IMG/VR virus record: IMGVR_UViG_3300036976_000004
Location: 1-56,176 of that record
Length of the DNA: 56,176 nt
Strand: one strand, 5' to 3'
Source: a virus
Lineage: Duplodnaviria; Caudoviricetes
Shown: positions 7,730 through 17,375 of the stretch, one piece after another
Position numbering within the stretch: position 1 is the first letter of the stretch
How the letters are laid out: every line of letters starts with the position of its first letter
Notes under the pieces: model-generated
The model's database searches: none
The model's input: only the letters and a program-made list of their open reading frames with translations
Told to the model about the DNA's origin: nothing
Translations under genes and position numbers: made by a program

Positions 7730-10700
7730 TTAATTTAACCCGCTGATTTTCTTATTTATATAGTTTTTGTAATAATTTCCATCCCTCTCTATTATTGTAC
7801 CATTTCTATAATTAAAATGATATTCTTTCTTATTCTGGATAGCTTTTACGACTTCCTTGTTTGAATCTATCAAAGGCCGTATGTCTATTCCTTCTGATTT
7901 CATATTAACATTAGCCATGATAGCCTCTGTTTCAGGATTAGACCAAATGCGCGTACCTTTAGGTAACAGTGATTGTGTGCGTTGATTAGCCATGAAAGTC
8001 TCACCTGTTGGAAGTTTAACAAGCTCTCGACCTTTCTCACCATATTCAGCCATTGTAGTAGATTTTAACCCTTTCTCTCCTGTACCTTTCGCAAACTTAG
8101 GAATAGGTTTAGCAAGTACAGCAGCAGTTTGTAATGCTCCTGAAGCAATAATTAACGGTATAGCAAGAGGACTTAACACACCTGTCTGAGCTTGTACTTT
8201 TAAGATCGCTTGAGCCGTATTAATTCCAATATTAAAGAGTGCTGATGCCTTATCCGCAATAGCTTGCTTTCTCTTAATCTCAGCAACTTTCTTTGCAGCC
8301 TGTTCTTCACTTAATAATCCTTGTTTTTGTTTTTCTTCAATATCTAATAACTCGGATTCCCTTATAGAATTACCAAAGCTAAATAAAGTATTGCCGACTT
8401 CTTGAGCAATGTTTAATAATTCTTGTTGTAATTCTCTCTTTCTTTCCGCGGCTCTTTCAGCGTTTAAAATTTCAGCATCAGTCTTTATATTGTCAATCTC
8501 TAGCTCTTTATCGGCAAGCTCTTGAAGTAGTTCTAATTTTTTAGGGTTAGAATCTTCTATTAGCTCTATTTCAGCCCTTAAAGTATCTACCTGATTCTGT
8601 AGGATAGTGTCATCTCTATCAGCGTATATTTTAGCTACATTATCATTAAATTCTTTTTCTTTTATCGTACCTTCTTCAAACAATCTTACTTGAGCTATCA
8701 ACCTTTTATTAGTTGATTCCTCAACCGCTTGATTCTGCCTATCTAATTCATTTATGAAAAAGTCAGTCGTTACAGGTGTGTTTGTCTCTACAAAGTCATT
8801 AGTTTCTGTAATTAAATCCTCAAGCTCTTGTAATTGATCTGAGTAAGATTCTTCTGTTAAGTCTTTAATCTCATTATTACTTTCCTTGATTGTATCAGCT
8901 AATATTTTCCTATGCTGTTTTTCGAATTCAATCCTATCTTTCCTGTTTTTTTCTTCTAATTTAGATTGATCTTGAGCTGATTTATCTAATGCCTCTATAT
9001 TAGCCTGTAAAACTTCTTCATTTGTTAATACACTTGGTAACTGTTGTTCGCCACTTAAATCTCCATACAAGCTTGATAAAACATCTTCAACACTTGTCGA
9101 TCCTTCTAATATTGTATTAAAATAATCTTCCGCTGATTTATCTGCTTTTGCTAATATTGTACCAGCAGGTGAAACGCCAGCTATAAATGACTCGAAGAAC
9201 CCAAGCTCTGTGATATTGTTAAGAGTAAAACTTAAAGAATCTAAAGCAGTTTGTAAAAATCCTGTAGATTCTTTTCCACTTAAAATCAATCCATCCCAAG
9301 CACTACCTAACCTATCTATTGCACCTGCTAAAGTGTTTTCCACAACATCAGCCATCTTTTTAGCTGAACCATCCACACCCTCATAAGCAGAAGCAAGTAG
9401 ATTAGCTGCATCTTTGTTAGCTGAAAGTGTTAGTAATGCTGCCTGACCCCTTAAATCAATCAATTCCTGAACTTCTGCAAGTCCTAACCCTTTACCGTTA
9501 AGCTCAATAAATGCACGTTGTAAACTGTCTGCATCTGTTACAGTAAACCCAAGTTCTTTGCTAAGATTTGAAGAACTATCAGACAGCGCAATAAGTACGT
9601 TTTTCAATCCTGTACCACCAATAGACCCTTTGAGACCTGCATCAGCTAATTGACCTAGTAGTTTAGTTGTTACTTCAATAGGGATATTGGCAGCTTTTGC
9701 GAGAGGCGCAACAAGCTTCATTGATTCCGCGAAGTTCTCCAAATCTAAAGCTGAAGTTGTAAATCCTTTAGCCATTACGTCAACTACTCTCTGGGTCTCG
9801 GAAGCATCTAATCCAAAACCTCTTAAGGTAGCACCAGCAATTTCAGCCGATCTTGCCAAATCTTCACCTGTAGCAGTTGCAAGTTGTAATGTTGCTTCTG
9901 TTGCATTTACAATCTCACCCGCACTGAACCCAATCTTTGAAAATTCTAACTGTAAATTAGCGACCTCAGTAGCTGTGAATTTAGTACTTTGTCCTAGTCT
10001 AAGTGCATCCTGTTCTAATGCTTTGAATTGCTCAGAAGATGCACCGGAAATAGCACTAACACGTGCCATTGCTTGCTCGAAGTCTTTAATAGTATTTAAA
10101 GAACTTCTAAGAACTTGGAATATTCCCGCGGCTCCTAAGCCGATACCCATTGCAGCTCCTAATCCTTGGAATGCACTAGCGTAGTTACCTACGTTTCTCT
10201 GGCTTTGCCCTAATCGACTGTCAAGTTTCTTTAATCTATTATCTAATTGGTTTACTTCTCTTGCTACAGCTTTGAATTGTTTGCTATTCGTACCGAAAGC
10301 TATTCCAGTGTTTTTAGCGGCTAATCTTAATTCATTTAATCTTTTAGTATCTTTAGCGTAAGCACCTTGTAGCCTGTCGGCTTGTTTTTCTGATAATCCA
10401 AATTGTTTAGCTAAAGCTCTATTAGCGTCACGAGCTTCTTTTGTTTTGATTATCTCTTTTTGTTTCAGCTGTAAGGCTTTATCTCTTTGTCTTTGTAGTG
10501 ATTGTCTTGCTTGTTCTTCTTTTTTTATCTGCGCTTCCGATTCCTTCCTTGCTTTAGCTTCTTTTTTTATTTCTTCTTGTAGCTTCTTTTCACCTGTAAT
10601 CTCTTCTTTTATAGCTGCATCCTTAGCTTTAATAGCTTCTTTTACTTTCTGCAATTCTTTAGCTTGCTGAGTACTTAGATTAGCTAATTTCGCTTTAGAT

Positions 10701-10930
10701 TTTTCTAACTCATTTTCAATTCTTTTAGCTTCTTTCTGAGCTTCATTGAGCTGTTTATTTTTATTCGTGGCAGTCTCAGTACTTTTATTTAGAGTACGCA
10801 AAGAAGTATCTAATGATTCAGAAGCTTTAACAACCTGATCCAATCCTTTTACAATATCATTAATAGACCCTTTTAACTTATCTAAACCTTTTAACGCCTC
10901 CGGTGAAACTATCTTATCTATGTCTGCCAT
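7730..10930 (-). CDS. Tail tape measure protein (TP901-type)
   Basis: 1066 aa helical; FEQAMARVSAISGA, STKFTATEVA, AGLKGSIGGTGLKN; C-terminal FAKGT...GEKGRE. Confidence 0.92.
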   Translation of the reverse strand: MADIDKIVSPEALKGLDKLKGSINDIVKGLDQVVKASESLDTSLRTLNKSTETATNKNKQLNEAQKEAKRIENELEKSKAKLANLSTQQAKELQKVKEAIKAKDAAIKEEITGEKKLQEEIKKEAKARKESEAQIKKEEQARQSLQRQRDKALQLKQKEIIKTKEARDANRALAKQFGLSEKQADRLQGAYAKDTKRLNELRLAAKNTGIAFGTNSKQFKAVAREVNQLDNRLKKLDSRLGQSQRNVGNYASAFQGLGAAMGIGLGAAGIFQVLRSSLNTIKDFEQAMARVSAISGASSEQFKALEQDALRLGQSTKFTATEVANLQLEFSKIGFSAGEIVNATEATLQLATATGEDLARSAEIAGATLRGFGLDASETQRVVDVMAKGFTTSALDLENFAESMKLVAPLAKAANIPIEVTTKLLGQLADAGLKGSIGGTGLKNVLIALSDSSSNLSKELGFTVTDADSLQRAFIELNGKGLGLAEVQELIDLRGQAALLTLSANKDAANLLASAYEGVDGSAKKMADVVENTLAGAIDRLGSAWDGLILSGKESTGFLQTALDSLSFTLNNITELGFFESFIAGVSPAGTILAKADKSAEDYFNTILEGSTSVEDVLSSLYGDLSGEQQLPSVLTNEEVLQANIEALDKSAQDQSKLEEKNRKDRIEFEKQHRKILADTIKESNNEIKDLTEESYSDQLQELEDLITETNDFVETNTPVTTDFFINELDRQNQAVEESTNKRLIAQVRLFEEGTIKEKEFNDNVAKIYADRDDTILQNQVDTLRAEIELIEDSNPKKLELLQELADKELEIDNIKTDAEILNAERAAERKRELQQELLNIAQEVGNTLFSFGNSIRESELLDIEEKQKQGLLSEEQAAKKVAEIKRKQAIADKASALFNIGINTAQAILKVQAQTGVLSPLAIPLIIASGALQTAAVLAKPIPKFAKGTGEKGLKSTTMAEYGEKGRELVKLPTGETFMANQRTQSLLPKGTRIWSNPETEAIMANVNMKSEGIDIRPLIDSNKEVVKAIQNKKEYHFNYRNGTIIERDGNYYKNYINKKISGLN

Positions 10931-11492
10931 TCTTGCTCAATTGTTCTTCCATCTGCTGAACTTTAGTGTTTGCAGATTCTATATACCTCTTAAGGTTATA
11001 TAATTTCATATTCCTATCAATTGCAATACTTAATACTAATTCGCAACCGACAACAATATCTGACATATCCCTATTCTTCTCTGTTTTGTTTTTTTTATCC
11101 ACTAATTTACTATATCGTGAAATCTCTGCTTCTATTTCACGTTCTAACAATTTTAAATCTTCTCTAACCTTATACGGTCTTCTGAATTTCTGCTGAAACC
11201 ATGATAAAGTATATTCGCTCCCTCCAATTTCTAGCGACTCTTTAACAGCTTTTAATAACGTTATTTTGTTGTATTTACTTAATATACCAATATTAGCAGT
11301 AAACATTTTATTAAGCTCAGACCGTGAGAAATATTCAGTAACTTTTAAATTAAACTCCTCTAATTCTTTACTGAATTGCTCGTCTACTTTATCGGAATCA
11401 AACTCGCCATCTACGATATAAGATAAATCACCCGTTTCTTCATAGATCGAGTAATCTTCTATCGTTATAGTGTATATAGTGTGTAGTTTCAT
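10914..11492 (-). CDS. Putative tail assembly chaperone-like protein
   Basis: Immediately upstream of tape measure; ATG 11492 overlaps upstream stop. Confidence 0.45.
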   Translation of the reverse strand: MKLHTIYTITIEDYSIYEETGDLSYIVDGEFDSDKVDEQFSKELEEFNLKVTEYFSRSELNKMFTANIGILSKYNKITLLKAVKESLEIGGSEYTLSWFQQKFRRPYKVREDLKLLEREIEAEISRYSKLVDKKNKTEKNRDMSDIVVGCELVLSIAIDRNMKLYNLKRYIESANTKVQQMEEQLSKNGRHR

Positions 11493-11935
11493 AATCCCGC
11501 TAGCTTCTTCCATCTTCTTACATATTCTTTTGTTGATGCTATCTGATATTTTTCTGTATTACTTTTATTCAGCCCGAATATATTTTGTCCGTACTTTGAT
11601 TCTAAACGCTTTGATTTTTCATCAGTAGATGTTATTTTAGCACCTATACCTTCGATATTGAGTAAAGGAATTAGTTTGAATAAACTAAAAAATCTTCCTT
11701 TCAGTCTAAGGTCAGCTATACCAAAAGATGGTCTAGGGTTTAAAGTCTGTTTGAATGAAGCATAAAAAGGGTCTCGATAAGCTTTTAGATCATCCCCTAT
11801 TGAATCTTTACCCTGCAATAATTGATCTTGGTTTAATTCAATCGGCTTATCTGCTGTATCTTCAATTACTTGCCTTTGTAATTGCTGTGTATCTATTCTG
11901 TTTATATTTCGCGCTAATTCCCTTATTGATGTCAC
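11489..11935 (-). CDS. Putative tail completion/neck protein
   Basis: LNQDQLLQGKDS..Y..Y...K and L..KYG.NIFGL motifs of Bacteroidota phage neck proteins; leaderless GTG. Confidence 0.55.
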   Translation of the reverse strand: MTSIRELARNINRIDTQQLQRQVIEDTADKPIELNQDQLLQGKDSIGDDLKAYRDPFYASFKQTLNPRPSFGIADLRLKGRFFSLFKLIPLLNIEGIGAKITSTDEKSKRLESKYGQNIFGLNKSNTEKYQIASTKEYVRRWKKLAGL

Positions 11936-11939
11936 ATTA

Positions 11940-11973
11940 CAAAGATACGGAATTATTTAGAATGTTTATAAAT
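11940..11973 (-). promoter_or_regulatory. Late-class promoter (gap 7), leaderless
   Basis: caaagata 11940-11947; atttagaatgtttataaat 11955-11973. Confidence 0.8.
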
Positions 11974-12037
11974 TAAGTTTTCTGTTGGTGGTGTTGGTAT
12001 TATTATTAATTTAGCTGAAACTTATAAAAAATATAAT

Positions 12038-12244
12038 ATGTATAAAAACAATAAGATATTTGAAATCATACAAAAGTTGATTGTGCATGCATTTATAACT
12101 ATTGGATGGTTTTACATTTGCAGATATCAATTGGATAACAATGGATTTATGGATGTGATATTTGCAATTTGTTGTAGTGGCAATCTATTTTGGCTACCTA
12201 AATATAGAAATTGGATATTGAATATAAACACCAATAAAAAATAG
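12038..12244 (+). CDS. Small membrane protein
   Basis: Two hydrophobic segments; A-rich leader. Confidence 0.55.
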   Translation: MYKNNKIFEIIQKLIVHAFITIGWFYICRYQLDNNGFMDVIFAICCSGNLFWLPKYRNWILNINTNKK

Positions 12245-12246
12245 AT

Positions 12247-12516
12247 ATGGACAATAACACGTATTTAATCAAAAATGAAAGTATTGAATCTTTTCTAAGA
12301 GATAATTTAATCAATCATACAGAAAGAGGTTCTGTTTTACCACTTCAAAAGTGTATGTACATTAAGAATAACTACGGTAAAGATCATTTTTCTGTAATCT
12401 CAAAAGAATTTACTTCTATTGGAGTTGATGTTGATTTTGTTTACCATTTTAGAGTAATAAAACATGATGATGTCTGTTACAAAATGGAGTTGATGGATAT
12501 TGAGCTCTCAAAGTAA
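12247..12516 (+). CDS. Hypothetical protein
   Basis: Coupled ORF ending at a bidirectional terminator. Confidence 0.55.
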   Translation: MDNNTYLIKNESIESFLRDNLINHTERGSVLPLQKCMYIKNNYGKDHFSVISKEFTSIGVDVDFVYHFRVIKHDDVCYKMELMDIELSK

Positions 12517-12546
12517 AAAAAAGCGGGCTAACTACCCGCTTTTTTC
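12515..12546. terminator. Bidirectional intrinsic terminator
   Basis: aaaaaaaagcgggc-taac-tacccgctttttt between convergent genes. Confidence 0.8.
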
Positions 12547-12674
12547 TTAATTTCATTATACAATACCGTGTAAGATTTATTAACCTTACCTTTCAAGTGT
12601 TTCATGTAATACTCCTTGAATTTATTCTTAGAATATTTACTAAGCACTTCGTAGTTATAACTTACACGTATCAT
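12528..12674 (-). CDS. 48-aa basic protein after tail tube (not in ORF track)
   Basis: ATG overlaps TAA of 12674..13579; MIRVSYNYEVLSKYSKNKFKEYY... Confidence 0.55.
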   Translation of the reverse strand: MIRVSYNYEVLSKYSKNKFKEYYMKHLKGKVNKSYTVLYNEIKKKAGS

Positions 12675-13579
12675 TAAGCTTGTACTGTAATTGACAACTT
12701 ATTCGAATAGTAAGTATTGTCAGTAGATTTAACACGAATACTGAACTTATCACTAGCGGCTAATGCAGCGGCTGCACTATCTTCTACTACTAACGTATAC
12801 TTTTTAGTGCCTGAATCATAAGTTAAAGTACTTACAACTACTGGAGCAGTACCAGCAATATTAGAATCTGTGATTTCAATATCACCAGTATCTAAAGTTG
12901 TAATAGGTGCGTTACAAGGTTCAAGAATCTTGACAGTCATATTATCCGAAGTCACGGTATAATCTGAATACTCCTTGAAGAATGCGCCGATAGGCATATA
13001 AGCAAGAATATCATCATAAATCCATGTAGGCTCTGCAAAGTATCTTACATCAAATTCTTCCTTAACCTTGAAGTTCATAATAAGTTTGTATGCATTTTCA
13101 ATAGTATCAACCGCAGGTATTCTTTGCTGTGATGCTGTAACTTCACATTTGAAACCTTTAATGATGCCTGTTTTGGCATTCTGAGTACCCATAATGTAAC
13201 TATCTTCCAACATGAAGAGGATTCTATAAGTACCAGATTTGAAAGCAGCAACAGCACCGTTGAAGTCGCAAGGATTAGACTCGATAAACACATTAGCACT
13301 CGGATAACCATTTCTTAAGAATAGCTTCTTACCGATATTCGTTGTGTTAACTGTATCATCGTCTGTGGTTGTTTCGTAATACCAGATAGAACCAGGTAGA
13401 TAAGCTTTTTTGTTAGTTTGTATAACTTCAATCCATTTTGCGTTGTTATCGTTACCTAACAGCTCATCTTCTGTGAATTCAACGTCAGGAGTAGTGATAA
13501 TTACACCGCTAACTGATCTAGGTAGTGTTAAACAACTTGCTGATACACCAGCAGGTAGATTAAATTCGCACGCGCTCAT
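12674..13579 (-). CDS. Major tail tube protein (paralogue 1)
   Basis: 301 aa; N-terminal Cys pair, own late promoter, long leader; paralogous to 14929 and 22078 ORFs. Confidence 0.65.
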   Translation of the reverse strand: MSACEFNLPAGVSASCLTLPRSVSGVIITTPDVEFTEDELLGNDNNAKWIEVIQTNKKAYLPGSIWYYETTTDDDTVNTTNIGKKLFLRNGYPSANVFIESNPCDFNGAVAAFKSGTYRILFMLEDSYIMGTQNAKTGIIKGFKCEVTASQQRIPAVDTIENAYKLIMNFKVKEEFDVRYFAEPTWIYDDILAYMPIGAFFKEYSDYTVTSDNMTVKILEPCNAPITTLDTGDIEITDSNIAGTAPVVVSTLTYDSGTKKYTLVVEDSAAAALAASDKFSIRVKSTDNTYYSNKLSITVQA

Positions 13580-13615
13580 TTTATCAAAATTTAATTAATA
13601 TTAATGTTAACATCA

Positions 13616-13649
13616 CAAAGTTACGAATTTATTTAGAATTGGTATAAAT
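13616..13649 (-). promoter_or_regulatory. Late-class promoter (gap 7)
   Basis: caaagtta 13616-13623; atttagaattggtataaat 13631-13649. Confidence 0.8.
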
Positions 13650-13742
13650 AAGTGTTTTTATGAAATTATTTTATCTTTTTTTTTGGATGTAATAATAATA
13701 TTATTATCTTTACATTATAGAAACAAACAAAAACTAAACAAG

Positions 13743-14006
13743 ATGAAACTAATCAAAGACAAAACGTACATTGAAGAAGCCGTAGAAACAAGAAAAGATA
13801 ACGGTGAGATAATTCACACAGAAACAAAAGAGTTGACCTATAAAGGAGTGAACAGCGTAAACGATCATGTGTTCACCAGAGCTTCAGAGCCAAAGACAGA
13901 ATATAACTTCTCTGAGTCAGTAATGAGCCAGATGATGTCAGAGAAGGGCTGGAGTTATCAAACGTGGCTTAATACAATAAGAACCGTTAAAATAAGGGAG
14001 AAATAG
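13743..14006 (+). CDS. Hypothetical early protein
   Basis: Leader aaacaaaaactaaacaagATG; canonical TTG..TATCTTTA promoter upstream. Confidence 0.6.
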   Translation: MKLIKDKTYIEEAVETRKDNGEIIHTETKELTYKGVNSVNDHVFTRASEPKTEYNFSESVMSQMMSEKGWSYQTWLNTIRTVKIREK

Positions 14007-14008
14007 CA

Positions 14009-14335
14009 ATGGAAGAATTTAAAAGAGAAGGAACAACAGTATATAGTCTTCATCAAACTGGATGGGACAAGGGCAAGCCTGTAATGACTAACAAATTTTA
14101 CGCTCAAGTTTACCCAGATTATGCTAATGGGGTGACAGAAGAAGATGCTGAGAAAGTTGCAATGCTATTTAAAGCAGCACCGGAATTACTTGAAGCATTG
14201 CAAGAATGCATGAATGAATTGTATTCGATTCACTCTCAATATGGAGATAAGGAAAACGCGAGAGATCATTCATCAGGATTGAGAAAAGCAGAAAAAGCAA
14301 TAAACAAAGCATTAGGAAAGGAGAAACAGAAATGA
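14009..14335 (+). CDS. Hypothetical phage protein (AAPELLEAL family)
   Basis: A.L..AAPELLEALQ...AEKAINKALG motif, common in phage early proteins. Confidence 0.65.
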   Translation: MEEFKREGTTVYSLHQTGWDKGKPVMTNKFYAQVYPDYANGVTEEDAEKVAMLFKAAPELLEALQECMNELYSIHSQYGDKENARDHSSGLRKAEKAINKALGKEKQK

Positions 14336-14727
14336 AAGAAGAATCCGTTTACAATGGGATATTTCATAATTATATGTCTCCTTCCAGATATGAAAAGTTA
14401 TTTGAGACACATGACTTTATAGAATGTGCAAAAGGAAAGAGTGCTATCTTAAAACAAATAAGAGAGCTGAAAGAAAAAGGTTATAACGTTAAAAGTTGCT
14501 ACATGGCAACAAGCGTTAGAGACTTTCATGACTATTATTTGTATTATAAGGATAAGCCTGTTCAGGTTGAAGATGGAGAATGGAAATATAAAGGCTGTTT
14601 TATTCAAAAGTCAATCCATCCTAAACTAATAGGTAAATTTGAAGTGTTTAAAGACGATGAAGGTCAAACGCACATAGGAAGGTATCACACCTTCTCAGAA
14701 GCAAAAAAGATGTGTGAAAGTAAATAA
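14332..14727 (+). CDS. Hypothetical protein
   Basis: ATGA overlap with upstream gene. Confidence 0.6.
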   Translation: MKEESVYNGIFHNYMSPSRYEKLFETHDFIECAKGKSAILKQIRELKEKGYNVKSCYMATSVRDFHDYYLYYKDKPVQVEDGEWKYKGCFIQKSIHPKLIGKFEVFKDDEGQTHIGRYHTFSEAKKMCESK

Positions 14728-14861
14728 AATAAACCTCCACCCTGGCCTTCTTAAATGATTGCCGGGGATTGGTGGTAAAACTAACTTATCAATTTGGACG
14801 TTTAAAATAAATAAGTAACTTAGCGACTTCAAACCAATACAAAAAAGGATCAAGGTTTTGA

Positions 14862-14897
14862 GGTGAAAGTAAGTATCAAACAAAAACTAAACAAGAT
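14862..14897 (+). repeat. Leader element repeated at 26275-26312 (minus); here lacks the ATG
   Basis: 26-nt identity ggtgaaagtaagtatcaaacaaaaac, then ..caagatC vs ..caagatG. Confidence 0.75.
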
Positions 14898-14928
14898 CAA
14901 TCCAACTTATTAATTTAGGTTGGGGTTT

Positions 14929-15843
14929 TTAATCCCAGATATCCCCCTCAGTCCATACTCCGTTACTTTGCCAGAACCCCGGACTTAATATCCAGTTTTC
15001 ATTTCTAATAACTTTAACAGGATTACTAACGTAAGTATCTGTATTGACTATGTATGTGAATTGGTCTCCATCACTAAATATGTCTGTACCTTCGATGTCC
15101 CCTATATTGAACGTGTAAACACCATTCGCGTACGTAACACTGTGAATTATCGGTTTAATGCTGTTAGAAGTGATATAATCAATAATCTCGAAATCATTTT
15201 TATCTAAGGTTGTAATCTCGATATTACACGTAAATACTTGTACGGTGTATGTTGTTCTACCTACCCATTCCGACCTCGGATATATTCTTACCCCTGTACG
15301 CATATAATCTATTAAATCTTGAGAAGTCCAATATACATTAATTATCTGTTTATTATTTAATTCTTGCCAGTTCTCGAGACTTACAAATATCTTGTAATCG
15401 TTTTCAATTGTCGAAACGTCAGGTAATTTATCAGCTGATTGAATCCTACAATTAAAGCCCTTGAATACTCCGTTTGTGAATTGTCCGATTATATTACCGT
15501 CTTCTAATATAAATAATATTCTATACAAATCTCCTTTAAGTGAGTTGACTATATTAGTAAAGTCTAAAGGATTAGAATCTAAATAGAACGTAATAAATGA
15601 AGGTGATATTTCAGAAATCAATGTTTGACCAAACACGTTTTGTTCTGTTGCAGGTTCAGGGGTTTGGTTGTCATAACTATACAATCCATCGGGTAGCCAC
15701 ATTTCATCATTAGTAATCTTTCCAGACCATGTATCTAATTCAAAGTCAAGAAAAGACACATCATCATTAGTTATTATTATATTAGAAATAGGTTTAAGCG
15801 TTTTAAATGCTTCATTGAATCCCGGTGGTAGTTGTCCTAACAT
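14929..15843 (-). CDS. Tail tube paralogue 2 with Trp-rich C-terminal peptide
   Basis: Shares IIIT..DVSF, YRILFILEDG, KGF.C and ITTLD..D with 12674 ORF; ends WILSPGFWQSNGVWTEGDIWD. Confidence 0.65.
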   Translation of the reverse strand: MLGQLPPGFNEAFKTLKPISNIIITNDDVSFLDFELDTWSGKITNDEMWLPDGLYSYDNQTPEPATEQNVFGQTLISEISPSFITFYLDSNPLDFTNIVNSLKGDLYRILFILEDGNIIGQFTNGVFKGFNCRIQSADKLPDVSTIENDYKIFVSLENWQELNNKQIINVYWTSQDLIDYMRTGVRIYPRSEWVGRTTYTVQVFTCNIEITTLDKNDFEIIDYITSNSIKPIIHSVTYANGVYTFNIGDIEGTDIFSDGDQFTYIVNTDTYVSNPVKVIRNENWILSPGFWQSNGVWTEGDIWD

Positions 15844-16517
15844 TGTTTAGTTATGAATTTTAATTCAACATTATTTAGCTCTATAGCATCTATATAATCG
15901 TTCATCTTGGCTTGAGAATTATACATAGGTAATTCTTTACCCCAAAATACGCGGTCTGTCTTTCGGTGTTTGATTTGTCGCTGCTCTAAAGCTGTGCTTT
16001 TCTTGAATGCATCTATTAAATCTTCGTAAACTGGATAAAGAATAGGGATAAATACATTGTCTATCCTGTTTTTTGCATAATAATCTTTGTCAGTCTCATT
16101 GATTATATAGATTGTAGGATTAATAATTACCCTGGCTCTCTGTGTGTGATCTTCTTCAAAGTCCATGCTTAGAGCTATAAGTGGGTATTTTTGTCCCTTA
16201 AAAGATGCTGCTTTATCTTTTTTGGCTAGTAATTGAGTAATTTCAAGCATGTGCCCATACTCGTAATACGGTGCTAAAGCTTTCCATGATGTTTGACCAG
16301 TAACATTTCCAACGACTTGAAAACTAGATGTAGTTACATTAGACACCTGATAATCTACATCATTAATCTTCACATACTCCCCGTTCCTGAGAGTGTTATC
16401 AGATGTAACAGTAGATTTATGACCAGAAAAGACCACATCTGTAATAGTTCCGGTCTTTCTGATTGTATCTATTATGTCACCTATTAACTGAGGAATTGGT
16501 TTAGAAACCGTATACAT
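15837..16517 (-). CDS. Putative tail terminator/head-tail protein
   Basis: Position between connector and tail tube; YEYGH, KYPLIAL and DYIDAIE motifs. Confidence 0.5.
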   Translation of the reverse strand: MYTVSKPIPQLIGDIIDTIRKTGTITDVVFSGHKSTVTSDNTLRNGEYVKINDVDYQVSNVTTSSFQVVGNVTGQTSWKALAPYYEYGHMLEITQLLAKKDKAASFKGQKYPLIALSMDFEEDHTQRARVIINPTIYIINETDKDYYAKNRIDNVFIPILYPVYEDLIDAFKKSTALEQRQIKHRKTDRVFWGKELPMYNSQAKMNDYIDAIELNNVELKFITKQC

Positions 16518-17124
16518 TTAGTTTTGTCTTATTTTCGTTATTATAGACCCATTCCGGGTAAATATCTTTATTAGCTAACATATAATTGTACAAAGATGCT
16601 TTATCATTGTAATGATCGTAATTAGATAGATCGTATTTATCAAACCCGTTCCAACGTCTTACACTCCTATCTAAGTATCTTGCTTTGTTAGGAATTAATC
16701 CAACCAAGTCAATGTAATCATTCCATGCATCAACTAACTTCATTGTAGGAGTAACTACTCGGCTTAGCTCACTCATTGTAACTACTTCACCTATTCGGGT
16801 TGTTTGCGTTACTCTATCCATTACAATCTTATAATAGATGTAGTAAACTAGCAATGATTTAGGATCAGCAAGCCCGATAAATTTACGAATGATAGTATTC
16901 CCACACCAATCAAATGTAAACGTATCTCCGTCTCTTAATTTCCGGAATCTTTCAGAAGAAAAATTGTCATCAACGTATAATTGGTAAAGCTCATCACCTA
17001 ATATATCTTTCAATGCTTCTGGTTCATACTGATCTATGCTCTGTTTAATTACAGCATTGTCAATAGTATCAACAGCCGGAAGATTAACGTTATTCGTGAA
17101 ATATGTTGGATCAACTAAACTCAT
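16501..17124 (-). CDS. Putative head-tail connector/adaptor
   Basis: After capsid; YEPE.L..ILG.ELY and LVYYIYY motifs. Confidence 0.55.
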   Translation of the reverse strand: MSLVDPTYFTNNVNLPAVDTIDNAVIKQSIDQYEPEALKDILGDELYQLYVDDNFSSERFRKLRDGDTFTFDWCGNTIIRKFIGLADPKSLLVYYIYYKIVMDRVTQTTRIGEVVTMSELSRVVTPTMKLVDAWNDYIDLVGLIPNKARYLDRSVRRWNGFDKYDLSNYDHYNDKASLYNYMLANKDIYPEWVYNNENKTKLNVYGF

Positions 17125-17327
17125 TCTTTATTCTTTGGTTTACGACCTCTTTTCTTAGGTTTCTCAACTTCTTCAATTACTTGCTCTAAATCAGTTTGAT
17201 TAGTATCATTTTTTTTAACAGCTTGCTTATCTTCAACCACTTCAATCTCAAATTTGAAGTACCTAGACATTCCTCGAAGTTGTTTAAGTAGCGTGTTTAA
17301 TCGCTTACCCCCTTTTAATATAATCAT
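17121..17327 (-). CDS. Small basic protein after capsid
   Basis: C-terminal KKRGRKPK AT-hook-like motif. Confidence 0.55.
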   Translation of the reverse strand: MIILKGGKRLNTLLKQLRGMSRYFKFEIEVVEDKQAVKKNDTNQTDLEQVIEEVEKPKKRGRKPKNKE

Positions 17328-17342
17328 ATTGTGTAGTTTTTA

Positions 17343-17368
17343 TAAAGGAGAGCCTAAGCCCTCCTTAT
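17343..17368 (-). terminator. Terminator/attenuator after capsid gene
   Basis: ataaggagggc-ttag-gctctcctttat hairpin. Confidence 0.55.
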
Positions 17369-17375
17369 TCATATG

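Noticed and set aside
10914-11513. Classic tail-chaperone G/GT frameshift before the tape measure
   Set aside because: Single ORF abutting the tape measure; no convincing slippery site or second frame found
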